DNA of 56,863 bases, the filler included, from Dugesia japonica (lineage: Eukaryota): NCBI GenBank assembly GCA_001938525.1. It is 5 parts of 5 records of this genome, joined end to end, with 100 filler letters (N's around TTAATTAATTAA, not from the genome) between each part and the next. Parts side by side here need not be neighbours in the genome. Positions count along the whole stretch, not along the records: positions 1 to 8,968 come from MQRL01639079.1; positions 9,069 to 23,508 come from MQRL01597523.1; 3 more parts are not named here. One strand, 5' to 3'. The translations under genes and the position numbers were made by a program. Below are positions 1-11,570 of this stretch, piece after piece. Within the stretch, counting starts at the first letter, position 1. The number at the start of each line of letters is the position of its first letter. The notes under the pieces were generated by a model, which did not search any database, was not told the origin of the DNA, and worked only from the letters and a program-made list of their open reading frames with translations.

Positions 1-384
1 AAATACTAGTTAATTGCTAATTTAAATTAATGCTTGTCATGAAAAGCCAACGAATGCAGTCCGCTGTCGTGAGCATGTGATAATTACTTTTCATGTTCAA
101 AATACAACGATGAACCTTGATATTGTGAATCAATGTGCTGTTCAATAGAAATATTGTATCTTATGCAGTTTATTTTGATTTATCTATGGTGTAAGGTAAG
201 TCGAACGCAATAAGCTGTTGGGAATTATTTCATTTCTTTATGTGAAATAAATATTTTATATTATGTAACACTTATATTTTATTCCTACCTAGAAATTAGC
301 TTTTATTATTCTGGTTAGTTTTATTTATTATTTTAACAATTATTTTAATTGTGTAGAGAAAATTAATGAAGTTCCAACTTGACT

Positions 385-455
385 TATTCCGCTTGACTAA
401 CCTTAAAAATTAGTGTCAGAAGAAAAAAAGTGATAAAAATCAAATTATTTAAATA
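385..455 (+). repeat. Probable LTR 3' end plus degenerate PBS; related copy at about 31010-31075
   Basis: gactaaccttaaaaattagtgtcagaagaaaaaaagtgataaaaatcaaatt recurs as gactaaccataataaatttatgtcagaaaaaagagtgataaaatcaaatc. tagtgtcagaag resembles a TGGTGTCAGAAG-type primer binding site. Confidence 0.35.
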
Positions 456-1199
456 AATACAATTAAAATCAAATATTTTTTCTTCAATTGTTTGCTATTC
501 AAAATTGTTATTATAGAACAATAAAAGATTCAACAACTCTTTTGGCTGAACATAATAAGCCATAGTTTTGAAAATTCTTATTATTTTGCAAACATAAAAT
601 AAATAAATAAATAGTTTTAAAAAAAGAAGAAAATGAATCCAAGGGACAAAGAAACTGATAATAAATATAAAGAAGAACAGAATATAGAAGTTACAAATTA
701 TGATCAATCTAGAGCTTCTATCGCTCTGTAATTAAAGTTTGAACCTAAGTAAAATTGATGTTAGCCTGAATTCCCTCGAAGAGTTACTGACGCTGCGAAG
801 AAGAACGGTCACAGGACGGCTGAGTAAATCATGAACGGATGTGTTCAATGATACTTAGACCAAAGAAAACTCTAAAATACAACCATCCACACCCAAACAT
901 CTAATATTATTACGTAATACTAAGTATTTAATTTTAATTAAATTAATTAAAATCATTTTACCTTCCCTTCTTTATACTTCTTTAACTTTGAAACATTACT
1001 GATACTTTTTCGGCTTAAATTTTTATTTTGTAATTTCATTCTTGTAATGTCATTATTATAATAAATGGACCTTTGTGTTTATTATCAATTTTAACAAAAA
1101 CCCCATCCAATCTCAAATGATTTTCTCATATTAACAATATGTTCCTGTAATTTGTTATTCTTTCTCGAATATTCCTTTGATTTTCATCACTTCTCGTAT

Positions 1200-1580
1200 T
1201 TAAAATTTGGTTTTTATATTTCTGTTTATTTTATGAAATTTTAGATTTATCAAATTACTCATTCAATATTCGTTTACTACCTGGTGAGTTTCAAGCAGTT
1301 TGTTGAATTTTACTTTTCATAATGTATTTAATGTCAAATAAAATCTCTGTCCAACGTTTAAATTGATTTTCTCTCATTTTTATTGAAATTACATCTTCGA
1401 TGGTTCTAAATTGACGTTCAATAATATCCTTAGTCTTGTGATAATTCAGTCTAAAATACCACAGTTCTATTCCATATTTCTTTGCTAGTTCTAGCATTAA
1501 ATTTGACCCAAATAATTTACTCTGATCAAAATTTATAGTTTTTAAAGCATCAAATTTCCAAATCTATCCCAAACAAATAA
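1200..1580 (-). mobile_element. Gypsy-type integrase core remnant
   Basis: LELAKKYGIELWY..NYHKTKDIIERQFRTI..WTEIL matches the C-terminal half of the rve domain (ERxxRTI); disrupted. Confidence 0.65.
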
Positions 1581-1650
1581 TTCCCAAACAGATAAACAGC
1601 ATGGTCTGACTAAATCTGAATTTTGTAATATTAAAATNAAAATTATAAAT

Positions 1651-2043
1651 GGTTTTGATAAAAATTGGAACAAAAGATTAAGACCAGGTGATGTTATTAT
1701 TGTTGATGATCTGTATCAGGAGGCAAATAAAGAAAAAGATTTCAATAATTTATTCAAAAAGATATCGAGACATCGTAATGCTACTGTTATATTTATTACT
1801 CAAAATCTATTTCATCAAGGAGGTAGTCATAGAACCCGCAATTTAAACGTGTAATATTTGGTTCTATTTAAAAGTCCTAAAAATCAGACTGTTGTTGATT
1901 TTCTAGCAAGACAAGCATCTCCAAATAACAGACAATTTCTGATTGAATCATTTCAAGATGCAACAGAAAATCCTCACGGAAATCTATTTTGCGACTTTAC
2001 TTAAAAATGTCTAAATGACTATAGAGTGAGAACTGATTTTTAG
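1651..2043 (+). pseudogene. Polinton/Maverick packaging ATPase (A32/FtsK-like), C-terminal part, copy 1
   Basis: Manual translation: DVIIVDDLY (Walker B), ISRHRNATVIFITQNLFHQ, YLVLFKSP, FLARQ, FQDATENPHGNLF; internal stops. Confidence 0.9.
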
Positions 2044-2109
2044 TAAGAAACTCATATTTAGTCCAAATGGTATAACAGTGTAAAGAAAATAGGCAATTTT
2101 CTTAATATT

Positions 2110-2470
2110 ATATTCTCACAGTATAAAGCTGCACATGTAGAGAGATTTAATCTAACATTGAGAGATGCTTTGAAAAAGTACTTTGTAAATGTTGGTAATA
2201 AGACTTGGATAAAAGTTTTACCAAAACTTATTCATGGTTATAATAATTCGGGCCATAAGAGTTTAAATGGTGCCAGACCGGTTGATTTAAGTACAAACAA
2301 TCAATTAAAGTTATGGTTAGCGCGAAAACATCCAAAAGCAAAGAAAACCAAAATATAAAGTTGGTAACCATGTGAGAATCTCAAAAATATGAGCTTCACT
2401 ATTTATCAAGAATTTCAATAGTAATTAAAGTGAGGAAGTGTTTTAAATAACAAAAATTATTATACATAAC
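2110..2470 (+). pseudogene. Polinton/Maverick retroviral-like integrase, C-terminal part
   Basis: KAAHVERFNLTLRDALKKYF..WIKVLPKLIHGYNNSGHKSL..P, then after a frameshift KYKVGNHVRISK and SEEVF. Confidence 0.88.
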
Positions 2471-2559
2471 AGAATTAGAGCTATTAAATAAAAATTTAAC
2501 AAAAAACGGTTCCGAACTATTTAATACGATTTCTCTTTAAGCAAATAATCTATTTCAAT

Positions 2560-2948
2560 TCCATCTAAAGGATGATATAAAAACATTTACATTCGATAAC
2601 GTCTTGGCAAGAACATTCGGATTAAAAAATAACTTTATTCAGTTACAGATATGAAGGATGGTGAAATACAAGGTGATGTAAATCCAAAATTAATTAGATT
2701 ATATCATCAAATGTTCATCCATAGTACTAAATGTACTTCTGCTGAAATCAGTATGGATAGAAATAGCATGAAATTGATGAAGTAGTGCAAACAATAGCTG
2801 AAAATCTAAAGTATATACTTATTGCAACATCATGTATAAACAATATAGAAATTAATATACGTGATTATAACAAAAAATTAATCAAACTTTCAAAAGATTC
2901 GAAAACACATTTAACTTTACATTTTAGAAAACTAAGTAATGACTCCTG
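2560..2948 (+). pseudogene. Polinton minor capsid (penton/PX-like) remnant
   Basis: C-terminal NNIEINIRDYNKKLIKL..KTHLTLHFRK matches the IxIxIRD..TLHFR ending of Polinton minor capsid proteins; lies between integrase and major capsid. Confidence 0.7.
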
Positions 2949-3372
2949 ATATTTTTTCAATGTATTATACTAGTCAAGCAGGTGAAAGATCCCTTTACTT
3001 TCATCGAAAACAGTTGAATCTGGTTGGTTGCGAGCAATAGGTAAATTTTCTTTGCCTATTCTAAAACGTATTGATTTATTTGATATGAAAACAGCCCAAG
3101 ATATATTAGCTAATGAGGGAAAAATACTACCAACATTAAAATTCAATGCATTAGCAGAACTTCGAAATGTTATGTCCTTTTTAGCAAGTGGAGTAACCGG
3201 TGTGATTTCAAAAGTAGCAAACATATTACCCCAAAGTATAACTAATAAAATAACATCTGAAATAACTAACATACTATCAAATCAAGTCAAAACACAACAA
3301 CCCATAGAGAACAAAAATACCTCTCGCATTGCGTATAAACTAACAAATGAGAAGACATCGAACTATATTTGA
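2939..3372 (+). pseudogene. Small Polinton structural/core-like protein
   Basis: MTPDIFSMYYTSQAG, a frameshift, then GWLRAIGKFSLPILKR. The YYxxQAG plus amphipathic-helix pattern is typical of the small gene preceding the MCP in Mavericks. Confidence 0.55.
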
Positions 3373-3375
3373 AAA

Positions 3376-4578
3376 ATGATTTGCGGCATAACTGAATTAA
3401 GTATTTTTGATCGACCACCTCCACAAGCTGTAATTGAAGGTGGTAGTTTTGAAGATGTCTTTCCTATGGATTCAATTTCTGAATCACAAAACAATGCAGA
3501 GTTTTTATAAATGGATCTCAAACAAAATATTTAGATTTGAATGATACTTTATTGTATATTAAAGTGAAGGTAGTTGATAAAGATGGTAAAGATATGGCTG
3601 ACACTTATGATTCTGTTCCTATTAACTATATGTTGCATATACTTTTTAGGGTTGTAGTTCTTTCGTTTAATAATTTCAAAATTGATAGTGAAAATGGATA
3701 TTATCTTCACAAAGCATTAATTAAAACTGCAATAAATTATAATGGTAATAGTAAGAATATCTCCCTTGCAGCAATGTGATATGAATCAGAAGCAGATAAG
3801 AAGAAGTCTATTTAAATATCAAAACAATTATATCTATGCGGTTCATTGCAACTTGATTTCATGGATCTACCAAAATACCTTATTCCAGGTGACAATGTTC
3901 ATATTCGTTTGAAATGATCATCTTCTAAGATTTGTTTAGAATATGCAGCTAATAAACTTCAATATGTAATACTAGATGCAAAAGTAATGGTTAGACATGT
4001 GCGAGCTGAGCCCTCAGTACTAGCTGCTTATAAATTGGGTCTAAAAAAGCAAAATGCTATTTATCCAATAAGAACCATGGAAATCGTTGCATTTGCAATT
4101 AGTAAAAATAGTTCATCGTTTTATACAGAACAAATATTTGGTGATCGTTGATTACCCAGCTTTTTCTGGTTACATTTTAAAGCGAGAACAATATAATTGT
4201 AGTTATAAAACCTCGAGTTCAACATTTCAAAATTTAAATGCTGCTCTCTTTCTTTGACAAAAAACACTGATTATCGAGAAATATCTACTCAAGAATTTGC
4301 AAACAATAATTATACCACTACATATATGCAATCCATATTAAAATATATTGGATAAAATTATCAATTGTGGAATAACACTTACTGATTTTAAGGACAATTA
4401 TCCTTTGTTTACATTTGTTCTTGCTCCAGATTTTGATATAAATCAAAGTCAATTACCACAACAAGGAAATTTGATATTGGATATCAAGTTTCCCAAAGCT
4501 TTAACAGCATCCGCATATGTTATAATTAATGGATTATTTGAAAAAGAAATCCAGATTAAAGCCAACGGAACAGTATAA
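3376..4578 (+). pseudogene. Polinton major capsid protein (double jelly-roll, PY)
   Basis: TELSIFDRPPPQAVIEGG, YLDLNDTLLYIKVKV, PINYMLHILF, PKYLIPG, YPIRTMEI, YPLFTFVLAPD, GNLILDIKF; about 1.2 kb with stops and frameshifts. Confidence 0.9.
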
Positions 4579-4647
4579 GTGTAAACAATATAACGTATAA
4601 TCGATACATGTAATGAAGTAAGAGTTATTATATTAATTATTATTATT

Positions 4648-4915
4648 TTAATAGTTCTATTCAGATTGATCAAATTGCATCAAAGGGGCTTGGATCAGCG
4701 TGGCTAGATGTTTATGCGTTAGATAAACTTCCAAATTATATTCCAGTAGACAATGACTTAATTGTCATACTCATACATCAAATCTAGGTGGAGATCATTG
4801 GATAGCTGTTTACAATAAACCTGCAAAAATATTAGTATTTGACCCATTAGCATTTTATTATCCGTCCATGTTGGTGTCACACTTATCGAAATTATCAAAA
4901 CCAATTACAGCTATC
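4648..4915 (+). pseudogene. Adenain-like maturation protease remnant (Polinton PRO)
   Basis: DVYALDKLP, THTSNLGGDHWIAVY, ILVFDPL (catalytic His and Asp motifs); the catalytic Cys region is not recognisable. Confidence 0.8.
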
Positions 4916-5189
4916 CTCCCAGACACAAAATACAAAATTATATTTTTTTAAAATTTTCATCCAAATTTAATGATCCAAGTACTATTAAATAGATAATGTT
5001 TCGCTGATCAAGAATATATACAGTAGAAATTTTTCAAATGAAATTACTTTGAAAAAAGTTAAGAGTTTTTAATTCTCAATAATTAATTAAAAATAAAAGT
5101 ATCTTAAATACAATTATAGACCAGTCTATTTGATAGAAAATTTTATACTGATTACAAATATATTAAACTAAAATCACCATATATTATAA

Positions 5190-5474
5190 ATAAAAAGTTA
5201 TATTGATAAAACCAGTACTTTATGTAGGAATTCCACATTTTTCTCATTAATTCATTTTTCCTAGTTTTAACAATTGAAAGCAATGGCTTATTATGATGTT
5301 GTAAAATAAGCTTTTATCTTGGTTATGAATTACATTTCCTCAAACAATATTTACAATAATCTCTAATAAAGCGTGAATAACAAAATTTGAAAATGACTGT
5401 AACATTTTCATTGTTGACTCTTGTGTAGCCTTTAACAATAGTTTGAAATAAGGAAGACTTTGTTGAAATGCCAT
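5190..5474 (-). pseudogene. Conserved small Polinton protein (PW-type; nomenclature uncertain)
   Basis: MAFQQSLPYFKLLLKA..MLQSFSNFVIHALLEIIVNIV*GNV..STGFI resembles the LxLLxKA..ExxxNxxxGNV..GGF pattern. Confidence 0.6.
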
Positions 5475-5823
5475 AATATTTATTAACTAACATATGTTTA
5501 GATTGTTTATAGCTTGCGCCATATACCAGTGGATTGAATGTTTATATTTTCTTGCCTCTTTTGTTGCTTCTTTGGCTTTTTCTTATTTGTAATCTGTGAA
5601 TAACCCTTTAATGATAACTTTGATCGCTTACTTTTATTGATTTCTTTATAGATTTTTCATTGTACTCTTTACTGACTTCTTCTTTGCATTTTTTATAGAC
5701 TTGATATCATTTGGAACCGTATTGTCTTTATAACCAGTTTGATTGGTCATATAATTGTCGGTTTGAGGATTAACTAAATCTTCTGAAAATTTAGACATTT
5801 TGTAAGAAAAAATCAACTTCATT

Positions 5824-6418
5824 TTATTTTTTATACATTGTAACACCATTTGTAGTGAAAAAATCAGTTCAAACTTTAAGATCATTTGAGCATTGTTGTG
5901 TAAAATCTAGAAAAATGTAACCATGAGGTATTACTGTTGCATCTTTAAATAAATTTAATAGAAATGGTCGATTTTTTGGATACACTTGTCTTGCTAGAAA
6001 ATCAACAACAGTTCGATCTCTTGGATTTTTAAATATAACCAAATATTGAACATTTCAATTACAAGTTCTATGATCCCACCTTGATNNNNNNNNNNNNNNN
6101 NNNNNNNNNNNNNNNNNNNNNNNNNNNNNNNNNNNNNNNNNNNNNNNNNNNNNNNNNNNNNNNNNNNNNNNNNNNNNNNNNNNNNNNNNNNNNNNNNNNN
6201 NNNNNNNNNNNNNNNNNNNNNNNNNNNNNNNNNNNNNNNNNNNNNNNNNNNNNNNNNNNNNNNNNNNNNNNNNNNNNNNNNNNNNNNNNNNNNNNNNNNN
6301 NNNNNNNNNNNNNNNNNNNNNNNNNNNNNNNNNNNNNNNNNNNNNNNNNNNNNNNNNNNNNNNNNNNNNNNNNNNNNNNNNNNNCAATTTGATATACAGT
6401 ATCATTTCTTAATTCCAT
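5824..6418 (-). pseudogene. Polinton packaging ATPase, copy 2 (middle hidden in N gap)
   Basis: Start MELRNDTVYQI at 6418 just before the gap. After the gap: HRTCN*NVQYLVIFKNPRDRTVVDFLARQVYP..FKDATVIPHGYIFLDF. Total span of about 200 codons fits the family. Confidence 0.88.
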
Positions 6419-6461
6419 TATAATTTATGCTTGTTTAAACGTATCAGTTGAATTAATATTG

Positions 6462-6477
6462 TTTATACTGGTATAAA
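6462..6477. promoter_or_regulatory. Back-to-back TATA boxes, candidate bidirectional promoter
   Basis: Palindrome tttatac-tg-gtataaa gives TATAAA on both strands between the divergent ATPase start (6418) and TBP-like start (about 6503). The AT-rich background weakens this. Confidence 0.4.
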
Positions 6478-6502
6478 TACCCCTTTAAAAAGTTAATTAT
6501 TC

Positions 6503-6888
6503 ATAAAAAATTATTAAAAATATTAATTACAGAGGAAAAGTTGATCGAGAAGTGACTAGAAAAATAAGATTTCCACGTGGAAAACTACCTCAAGTTGTGG
6601 AGAAAATAGACAAGTATACCTTCATATTTTTCCAATGAAGAAGTTGTAGAATCTTGGGGTGCAAGAAACCAACAAGAAAAAAGGATTTAAAGTATAATAT
6701 CCAGAATATTCTATTACAATTACTTACATTTTTCCATAATTTGAGAACGGATTAATTTATATGAATTATCCAAACGAGTCAAATGTGTATATGAACCAGA
6801 AATATTCCCAGGATTAAGAATTCAAAATATTATCCAATATGTGTTCATTTATTTTCAAGTGGAAAGATTGTACTAGTTGGAATAAAAA
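6503..6888 (+). pseudogene. Intronless minimal TATA-binding-protein-like gene
   Basis: Repeat 1: IKNINYRGKVD..YTFIFFQ*RSCRILGCK. Repeat 2: IQNILLQ..RINLYELSKRVKCVYEPEIFPGLRI..PICVHLFSSGKIVLVGIK. One stop, two frameshifts, start codon degenerate, ends at a gap. Confidence 0.85.
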
Positions 6889-7003
6889 NNNNNNNNNNNN
6901 NNNNNNNNNNNNNNNNNNNNNNNNNNNNNNNNNNNNNNNNNNNNNNNNNNNNNNNNNNNNNNNNNNNNNNNNNNNNNNNNNNNNNNNNTAAACTTTTCAA
7001 AAA

Positions 7004-7630
7004 TGGATGATGTAATCTTGTCAGAAAAATAGAAGGAAATTTGAAAGAAATAGAACTATGTAACCAAGATGTTATCAAAGATGATGATGAATTTATGATA
7101 TTTTGAATGAAATGGCATGGAAGAACTATTATTCCAAAAATTATTTCAGAGACTAAAGATTATTTATCATTGAATTGTGAAGATTATCTCAACAAATGTA
7201 AAGTTGATGTTGCCGATAATCTGGCAAATTTATTCCAACTTGATGCATTTATCGATGCAATGAAGGAAATATCAAACAATGAAACTATTCCTTATCGTTA
7301 TAAATGAGAAAAAACAATACAAAGTGGTCTACAAGCTATTATTCAAATCTAATTCCTGGATAGTTTTGTAATACTCAGAAGACTAGAACTAATTGATAAA
7401 TTAAAATTTAATCCAGATTCATTGGAAAACATGACATTTTAATGGATAATTTAATTAAATTTCATAAACTCGATTTTTCAACGGTTGCAAATGAGTTTTA
7501 TGAGAACAAAAAAAGAAGCATTAATCAAAGAATACAATGATGATTTAAGTTATTCAAGTCTAGAATCAATACATCAAGCTCAAATGAATATAAAACTGAT
7601 GGCTTTAGCAATTACATTAAGTTAACAACA
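7004..7630 (+). pseudogene. Decayed orphan ORF, probably a Maverick accessory gene
   Basis: Long interrupted frame including MKWHGRTIIPKII..NLANLFQLDAFIDAM, co-oriented downstream of the TBP-like gene; no family recognised. Confidence 0.35.
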
Positions 7631-8198
7631 TGAATGCCACATGGAAAAAGATTCAAATACTTTGAGTAATCTTTGTTGCTTTAATAATCTATTTTAATAT
7701 TATAATTTCAGTTGCCAAATGTCATACAGAACATTCATTGGAACATCGAGTAATATGGGATTGAATTAAATAAACTTTACTTTTTTAAACTTGTCTTGAT
7801 TTATAAAAGTAATAAAAGTAACAAAGTAAAAATTAATAATATAAGTCGTTTAATTATACTAATATTTATTCATAAAATTTTATTCAATCTTGTGAGTTGA
7901 TTTAACTTTCCATATCGGTTTTACTATATCTTCAAATTTTTTTGTAACNNNNNNNNNNNNNNNNNNNNNNNNNNNNNNNNNNNNNNNNNNNNNNNNNNNN
8001 NNNNNNNNNNNNNNNNNNNNNNNNNNNNNNNNNNNNNNNNNNNNNNNNNNNNNNNNNNNNNNNNNNNNNNNNNNNNNNNNNNNNNNNNNNNNNNNNNNNN
8101 NNNNNNNNNNNNNNNNNNNNNNNNNNNNNNNNNNNNNNNNNNNNNNNNNNNNNNNNNNNNNNNNNNNNNNNNNNNNNNNNNNNNNNNNNNNNNNNNNN

Positions 8199-8967
8199 AA
8201 CTCTACTTTCTGAGAAAACTGAAAAAGAAGATAAAATCAAAATGAAAATAAATCTACACTCAGATGTTATAAACAATACTACTGTTCTTCCTTTCCAAAA
8301 TTTAACAGAATATACATTTACTGACAGTCAAATTTTATTATTAAATAAAGGACCAAGCTATATTCCTTCAAATTCAAGAGCATCAGTTTCCTCCAATATT
8401 CCAATGACTGAAGCTTCCATTTACAGTCTCAAATGCCAATTACACATAATAGAATACACAATATTTGAAAAATCAGATGAAATATCAGACAATTCGTCAA
8501 TTTTTTCATCGAAGTGGAAGTATTTGTCAATCATTTAGAAGGATGATACTAACATACAACTATCCTATTACATAAATTGATAACAATATTGAAGAACTCA
8601 GAAATAAACTTTTAGAAACTTACAAATATAACAAGAATATCAAATCTAAAAATAATGAAAATAAAATTATTAAAAAAATAAAGAGTTTGAAATCAATCAT
8701 CATAATTCCAACAGATAAAACAAATAAATTGGTAGCTTTACCTGAGCAAACATACAAGGATTTCTTCTCTGAACATCTGAATAATTATGAGACTATCATC
8801 CATAAAAGACTACGAATTACTGACAAGAATAAATTTAATAAAGAATTAATTAAAATTGCAGAAAAATATGAAGACCAAATAAAATCTTTATTTGTAGCAT
8901 TTAAATGTCATGAACCAGTTCCATCATCTATGTACTGTGTTCCTAAAGATCATAAAACAACAATGAA
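8199..8967 (+). mobile_element. Penelope-like element, N-terminal part of RT
   Basis: NLTEYTFTDSQILLLNKGPSYIP, IIIIPTDKTNKLVAL and PSSMYCVPKDHK correspond to the PLE NLS..LxKG, PADK and YGLPKxHK motifs. Confidence 0.85.
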
Positions 8968-8968
8968 A

Positions 8969-9068
8969 NNNNNNNNNNNNNNNNNNNNNNNNNNNNNNNN
9001 NNNNNNNNNNNNTTAATTAATTAANNNNNNNNNNNNNNNNNNNNNNNNNNNNNNNNNNNNNNNNNNNN
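8969..9068. other. Artificial contig spacer N44-TTAATTAATTAA-N44 (cores also at 23553-23564, 32410-32421, 41026-41037)
   Basis: Identical 100-nt linker with stops in all six frames, repeated four times. Confidence 0.95.
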
Positions 9069-11570
9069 GGATTTTAAACTATGATTAATTCCATAAATTA
9101 TTTCTTTTGGATTATTTAAAACTTTATCATATTCTTTCATTCTTATTTTATTAATTTTTGAAACTCCTTTGTCTTTAGTTTCTAAATTTTTGTTATAATC
9201 ACCTCCGGTTTGAGCTAAATCATTCTCAATTAAATAAAGTTTTGTTTTTATAAAATTACATTTAGTTATTTCTGAATTTTGATTCTCATCGTTTATTTGA
9301 AATAATTCATTACCAAGTAAACTTTCAAATTTAGTCAAATTTTCTTGTCCAATTATTTCTTCAAAAACAGAGTCAGTGTCTGAGAAATGAATTTTGTATT
9401 TATTTTGTATTTTATTTTCTAATTGATTATATATAAAGTCATAAATTACTTCTTTTGCATATTCCAAAATAGTAAAACCTATATATGGGAATTTATTATA
9501 TTTTAAATTAGTTTTTCTCATATGCATAGCAGCTGATTCAGCTTCTACAGTTTCTTTATAACTAAATATTTTGCTAGATCTAAAATTAATTTTTGAAGCA
9601 AAGGTTTGATAATCTTTATCAGTGTCAACTATTTCTACATTATATCTATTTCTTATGTTTTCTAAAGATGTACCATAAATGTAATCTACAAAGACATCAT
9701 TATTTCTTTATACTTCTCTTCTTAATTCTACAAGTTTGTGAACATAATCTTTAAACTATGGTGTTGTTCGCATTTTATATTTAGAATATTATTTTTTTAT
9801 TTTCATTCCTAAAGATTTGTATAAATCTAGTGTTGAACCAAGAATAATGTAATTTTCTTTATCAAATTGATTCAATGTTATTTTAATACTTTTCTTGCTC
9901 AAATTCCTGTTAAATGATAATTGAAAAGGAGCTAACATTACTTCAGTTATATTAATTCTATCTCGAGCTAGAGGAAAGCATTTTGTCTTTTCATGAATTT
10001 CTGGAGGATATTCTAAATCAACTTTATAAATATAATTTCTTTTAATTGTTGATTGAGTTTAAGTTAAGTCTTTAGATTCATAGATTTCACCTATTGGTAA
10101 AGGCTTAGTCATACAAGATGCATACAAAACTATTTTCATCTAGATATTTAATAAATGTATCGTCAAAATAATCAGGTGGAATTTCCTCATTTGAATTCAT
10201 CATTTTTATTTAATCATCAAATTGAGCTTTATTTATTTGTTTAGTATATGGATTTTTATTATTGTTTTGGTTAAATACTTTTCTCTCACCACATACACCT
10301 GAAAACACACTTCTAATTCCTTTTTCTATTTTTAAGAAAATATCATAAGTTTCTTTTTTTTGCAAATTTTAAATTTACATTTGCGCAATTCATACACGTA
10401 ATCCAACTATATCCTGAAGCCGAATATAAATAACATGGATCTAATTGAAGAATATTATTTTAAAATTTATCTCTAAAGTTTTCAATAAAATCTGCTAAAA
10501 TAATTATATCTAATTTCATGTTATGTAACATATATTCAAATAAATTAAAATTATTTCCACCTTCGGCTTGAGCTCCGCAAAAACCTTGTAAAAATTCACT
10601 ATTCTTGTTCATTTATCTTTTGTTGCTTTAATTTATTGAAAAAATTTCTTTTGTTTGAATATCATTTGATTTTAATAATTGAATTACTTCTTTTATATTT
10701 TTTTCTTTTACATATCCATAAGGAAATAATATTTTCTTTGGTTTTAAATTAAAAGATTTCAAATGATTATATTTTTTAGATTGATTTAATAATTTACTCA
10801 TTGTTTTGATCGATGCAAAATGACATAAGTTTGCTGAATCTAAAAATCTTATATTTTTATATTGAACTGAAATGTAAATTTCATCTGTATGAGGAATTAT
10901 TTTTTTAACTTTACTTGAAAGTTTTGCTAATAATTCTTTAAAAAAAATATTATCATATCCAGATCCATTGTGAAAGTAAAATGGAATAAATAAATACTTT
11001 AATGATTTATCTTGTAAATTGAATTTAGAATGAGTATAACCTCTAAATTCTCCATTAAAATGATACTGATCAATTACTGGATTTTCAGTTGAGATTATAT
11101 TTTTAACACCATATCTACATTTAGTTTCTTGTGTAAATTTTGGATGCTCAGTTTCAGTATAAAATTCAATTAATTTTTTTTCTTTTATATCTTTTAATTT
11201 ATTATTAATCTCTTCTAATAATTCAAAGAATTGTTCATAAAGGTTTTCTCCATAAAATTCTTTGTATTTAGTTTCCATTAAATGTGGATATTTACTCACT
11301 ACATAAATTCCAAGAGATCAATTGCATCTTCTCCAGGAAGTTGGTCAAATAATGATTTGTTAATCATTTCTTTGTTTCTTTGAATTTTAATGAGATTTTG
11401 CATAATCTTGCCTTGTAAATTTTAATTTACAAATTTTACAATACAAAGGCATTTATGTGGATTTCCACAAATTGCTGAATTCAAATGTTCTTATAATCCA
11501 ACTTCAGAACGAAATGATACAAAACATTTCGGACATCTAAATCTTCTTGAAGTTGGAATGATATGTTAAA
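9069..11570 (-). pseudogene. Protein-primed family B DNA polymerase (Polinton pPolB)
   Basis: CPKC..F..L..H..C finger, HFNGEFRG, FHNGSGYD, IRFLDS, FPYGY, YLDENS/LYASCM.KPLP.G, IYGTSLENIRNR, YIGFTILE, FSDTDS, KGV; frameshifted. Confidence 0.93.

Noticed and set aside
6055-8276. ORFs made mostly of X residues
   Set aside because: They run through N gaps; only the MELRNDTVYQI start is used, as the likely ATPase N-terminus.
8199-8967. Hammerhead ribozymes near Penelope fragments; tRNA, rRNA or snRNA genes anywhere in the window
   Set aside because: No convincing CTGATGA..GAAA core with stems and no recognisable RNA gene by eye; an Infernal/Rfam scan would settle it.
1651-11570. One intact Maverick spanning the capsid module and pPolB
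   Set aside because: An artificial spacer at 8969-9068 and a Penelope fragment separate them; linkage is unproven.
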